From the human T2T-CHM13v2.0 reference genome, Homo sapiens: a stretch of 64,000 nucleotides of DNA. Below the pieces are notes generated by a model. That model made no database searches. It was given only the letters and a program-made list of their open reading frames with translations, and was not told the origin of the DNA. The DNA is taken from NCBI RefSeq assembly GCF_009914755.1, contig NC_060937.1. One strand, given 5' to 3'. The translations under genes were made by a program, and so were the position numbers. Positions within the stretch are counted from its first letter, which is position 1. The number at the start of each line of letters is the position of its first letter. Below, piece after piece: positions 62,500 to 64,000 of the stretch.

Positions 62500-64000
62500 A
62501 TATCAAAGTACCCAAGGTATATATTCTATACTGTACAAAAAATATCAAAGTACCCAAAGGAAGTATTATATACTGTACATAAAATATGAAAGTACATCAA
62601 ATATATATTTTATTCTGTACATAAAATATCAAAGTACACCAAATATATATTCTATAGTGTACATAAAATATCAAAGTACCCAAACTATACATTATACACT
62701 GTACATAAAATATGAAATTAAATCAAATATATATTATATTAGGTACATAAAATATGAAAGTACATCAAATATAGATTATACACTGTACATAAAATACCAA
62801 AGAACCCCAAATATATAATATATACTGTACATGAAATATCAAAGTTCACAAACTATATATTATATACTGTACATAAAATATCAAAGTACCCAAGGTATAT
62901 ATTCTATACTGTACAAAAAATATGAAAGTACCCAAAGCATGTATTATATACTGTACATAAAATATGAAAGTACATCAAATATATATTTTATTCTGTACAT
63001 AAAATATCAAAGTACACCAAATATATATTCTATGGTGTACATAAAATATCAAAGTACCCAAACTATACATTATATACTGTACATAAAATATGAAATTACT
63101 TCAAATATATATTATATTAGGTACATAAAATATGAAAGTACATCAAATATAAATTATATACTGTACATAAAATACCAAAGAACCCCAAATATATATTATA
63201 TACTGTACATGAAATATCAAAGTTCACAAACTATATATTATATACTGTACATAAAATATCAAAGTACCCAAGGTATATATTCTATACTGTACAAAAAATA
63301 TCAAAGTACGCAAAGCATGTATTATATACTGTACATAAAATATGAAATTACATCAAATATATATTATATTAGGTACATAAAATATGAAAGTACATCACAT
63401 ATATATCATATACTGTACATAAAATACCAAAGTACCCCAAATACATATTATATACTGTACATGAAATATCAAAGTTCACAAACTATATATTATATAATGT
63501 ACATAAAATATCAAAGTACCGAAAGTATATATTCTATACTGTACAAAAAATATCAAAGTACCCAAAGCATGTATTATATAGTGTATATAAAATATGAAAG
63601 TACATCAAATATATATTTAACACTGTACATAAAATATCAAAGTACACCAAATATATATTCTATACTGTACATAAAATATCAAAGTACCCAAACTATACAT
63701 TATATACTGTACATAAAATATGAAATTACATCAAATATATATTATATTAGGTACATAAAATATGAAAGTACATCAAATATAGATTATACACTGTACATAA
63801 AATACCAAAGAACCCCAAATATATATTATATACTGTACATGAAATATCAGAGTTCACAAACTATATATTATATACTGTACATAAAATATCAAAGTACCCA
63901 AGGTATATATTCTATACTGTACAAAAAATATCAAAGTACCCAAAGCATGTATTATATACTGTTAATAAAATATGAAAGTACATCAAATATATATTTTATT
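62500..64000 (+). repeat. Right, more diverged HOR domain
   Basis: Return of TCA-type 'ttttattctg' m5 and many private variants (62560, 62721, 62818, 63034, 63100, 63398, 63621, 63850). Core TGA/H/W markers are absent after ~62,000. Confidence 0.72.

Larger units (their letters stand above)
2900..62500 (+). repeat. Homogeneous core domain with kilobase super-HORs built from 378-bp variants A-D and 251-bp unit E
   Basis: About 50 copies of the marker 'gtacatgaaatatatatttt' (TGA ending at 3953 ... 61843), mostly spaced 756, 1007, 1385 or 1512 bp. Translations of corresponding units are near-identical across tens of kb. Boundaries approximate. Confidence 0.85.
1..64000 (+). repeat. HSat1A (human satellite 1A / SAR)-type 42-bp tandem satellite array, single orientation, extends beyond both window ends
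   Basis: 42-bp periodicity throughout (14-aa period in translation, e.g. STQTIYYILYIKYQ). Two GTAC sites per canonical monomer spaced 17 and 25 bp (GTACATAAAATATCAAA / GTACCCAAACTATATATTATATACT), the classic RsaI signature of satellite 1. Consensus has 9 G+C in 42. Family assignment is by recognition, not database search; chromosome cannot be assigned. Confidence 0.96.

Noticed and set aside
28-62818. Many long + strand ORFs (96-787 aa) as protein-coding genes
   Set aside because: They are pure translations of the 42-bp satellite, with no domain, splice structure or sign of coding constraint. Their ends coincide with amplified satellite variants.
1-64000. CRISPR-like repeat/spacer appearance (constant 17-bp part plus variable 25-bp part)
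   Set aside because: The 'spacers' are homologous to each other and cycle every nine units. There are no unique spacers, leader or cas genes.
1-64000. Embedded Alu/L1 insertion, strand inversion, CENP-B boxes, telomeric repeats or HSat1B
   Set aside because: None seen. Monomer phase and orientation are continuous across the window by eye and in the ORF track, with no GC-rich or unique segment.

Overview
The whole 64-kb window is one uninterrupted, single-orientation tandem array of an AT-rich (~20-22% GC) 42-bp satellite. Its consensus is approximately GTACATAAAATATCAAA GTACCCAAACTATATATTATATACT, i.e. alternating 17- and 25-bp RsaI/GTAC fragments. This matches human/hominoid classical Satellite 1A (HSat1A/SAR), a pericentromeric and acrocentric-arm heterochromatin repeat. 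The monomers (~1,520) are grouped into the 9-monomer, 378-bp higher-order repeat. No credible genes, RNA genes, transposon insertions, inversions or CRISPR arrays were seen. The long Tyr/Ile-rich ORFs arise because 42 bp is 14 codons with one stop-free frame. I found no new gene-level biological system. The informative content is the array's architecture. A highly homogeneous core (~2.9-62.5 kb) is built from about four diagnostic 378-bp variants (A,B,C,D; 1,512-bp ABCD unit) plus a 251-bp truncated 6-mer (E, 24 copies). These give super-repeats of n x 378 + 251 bp, with 3,275 bp commonest. More diverged 378-mers that share variants flank the core on both sides. Stepwise intermediates, out-of-register exchanges and locally spreading variants can be read directly from the sequence.
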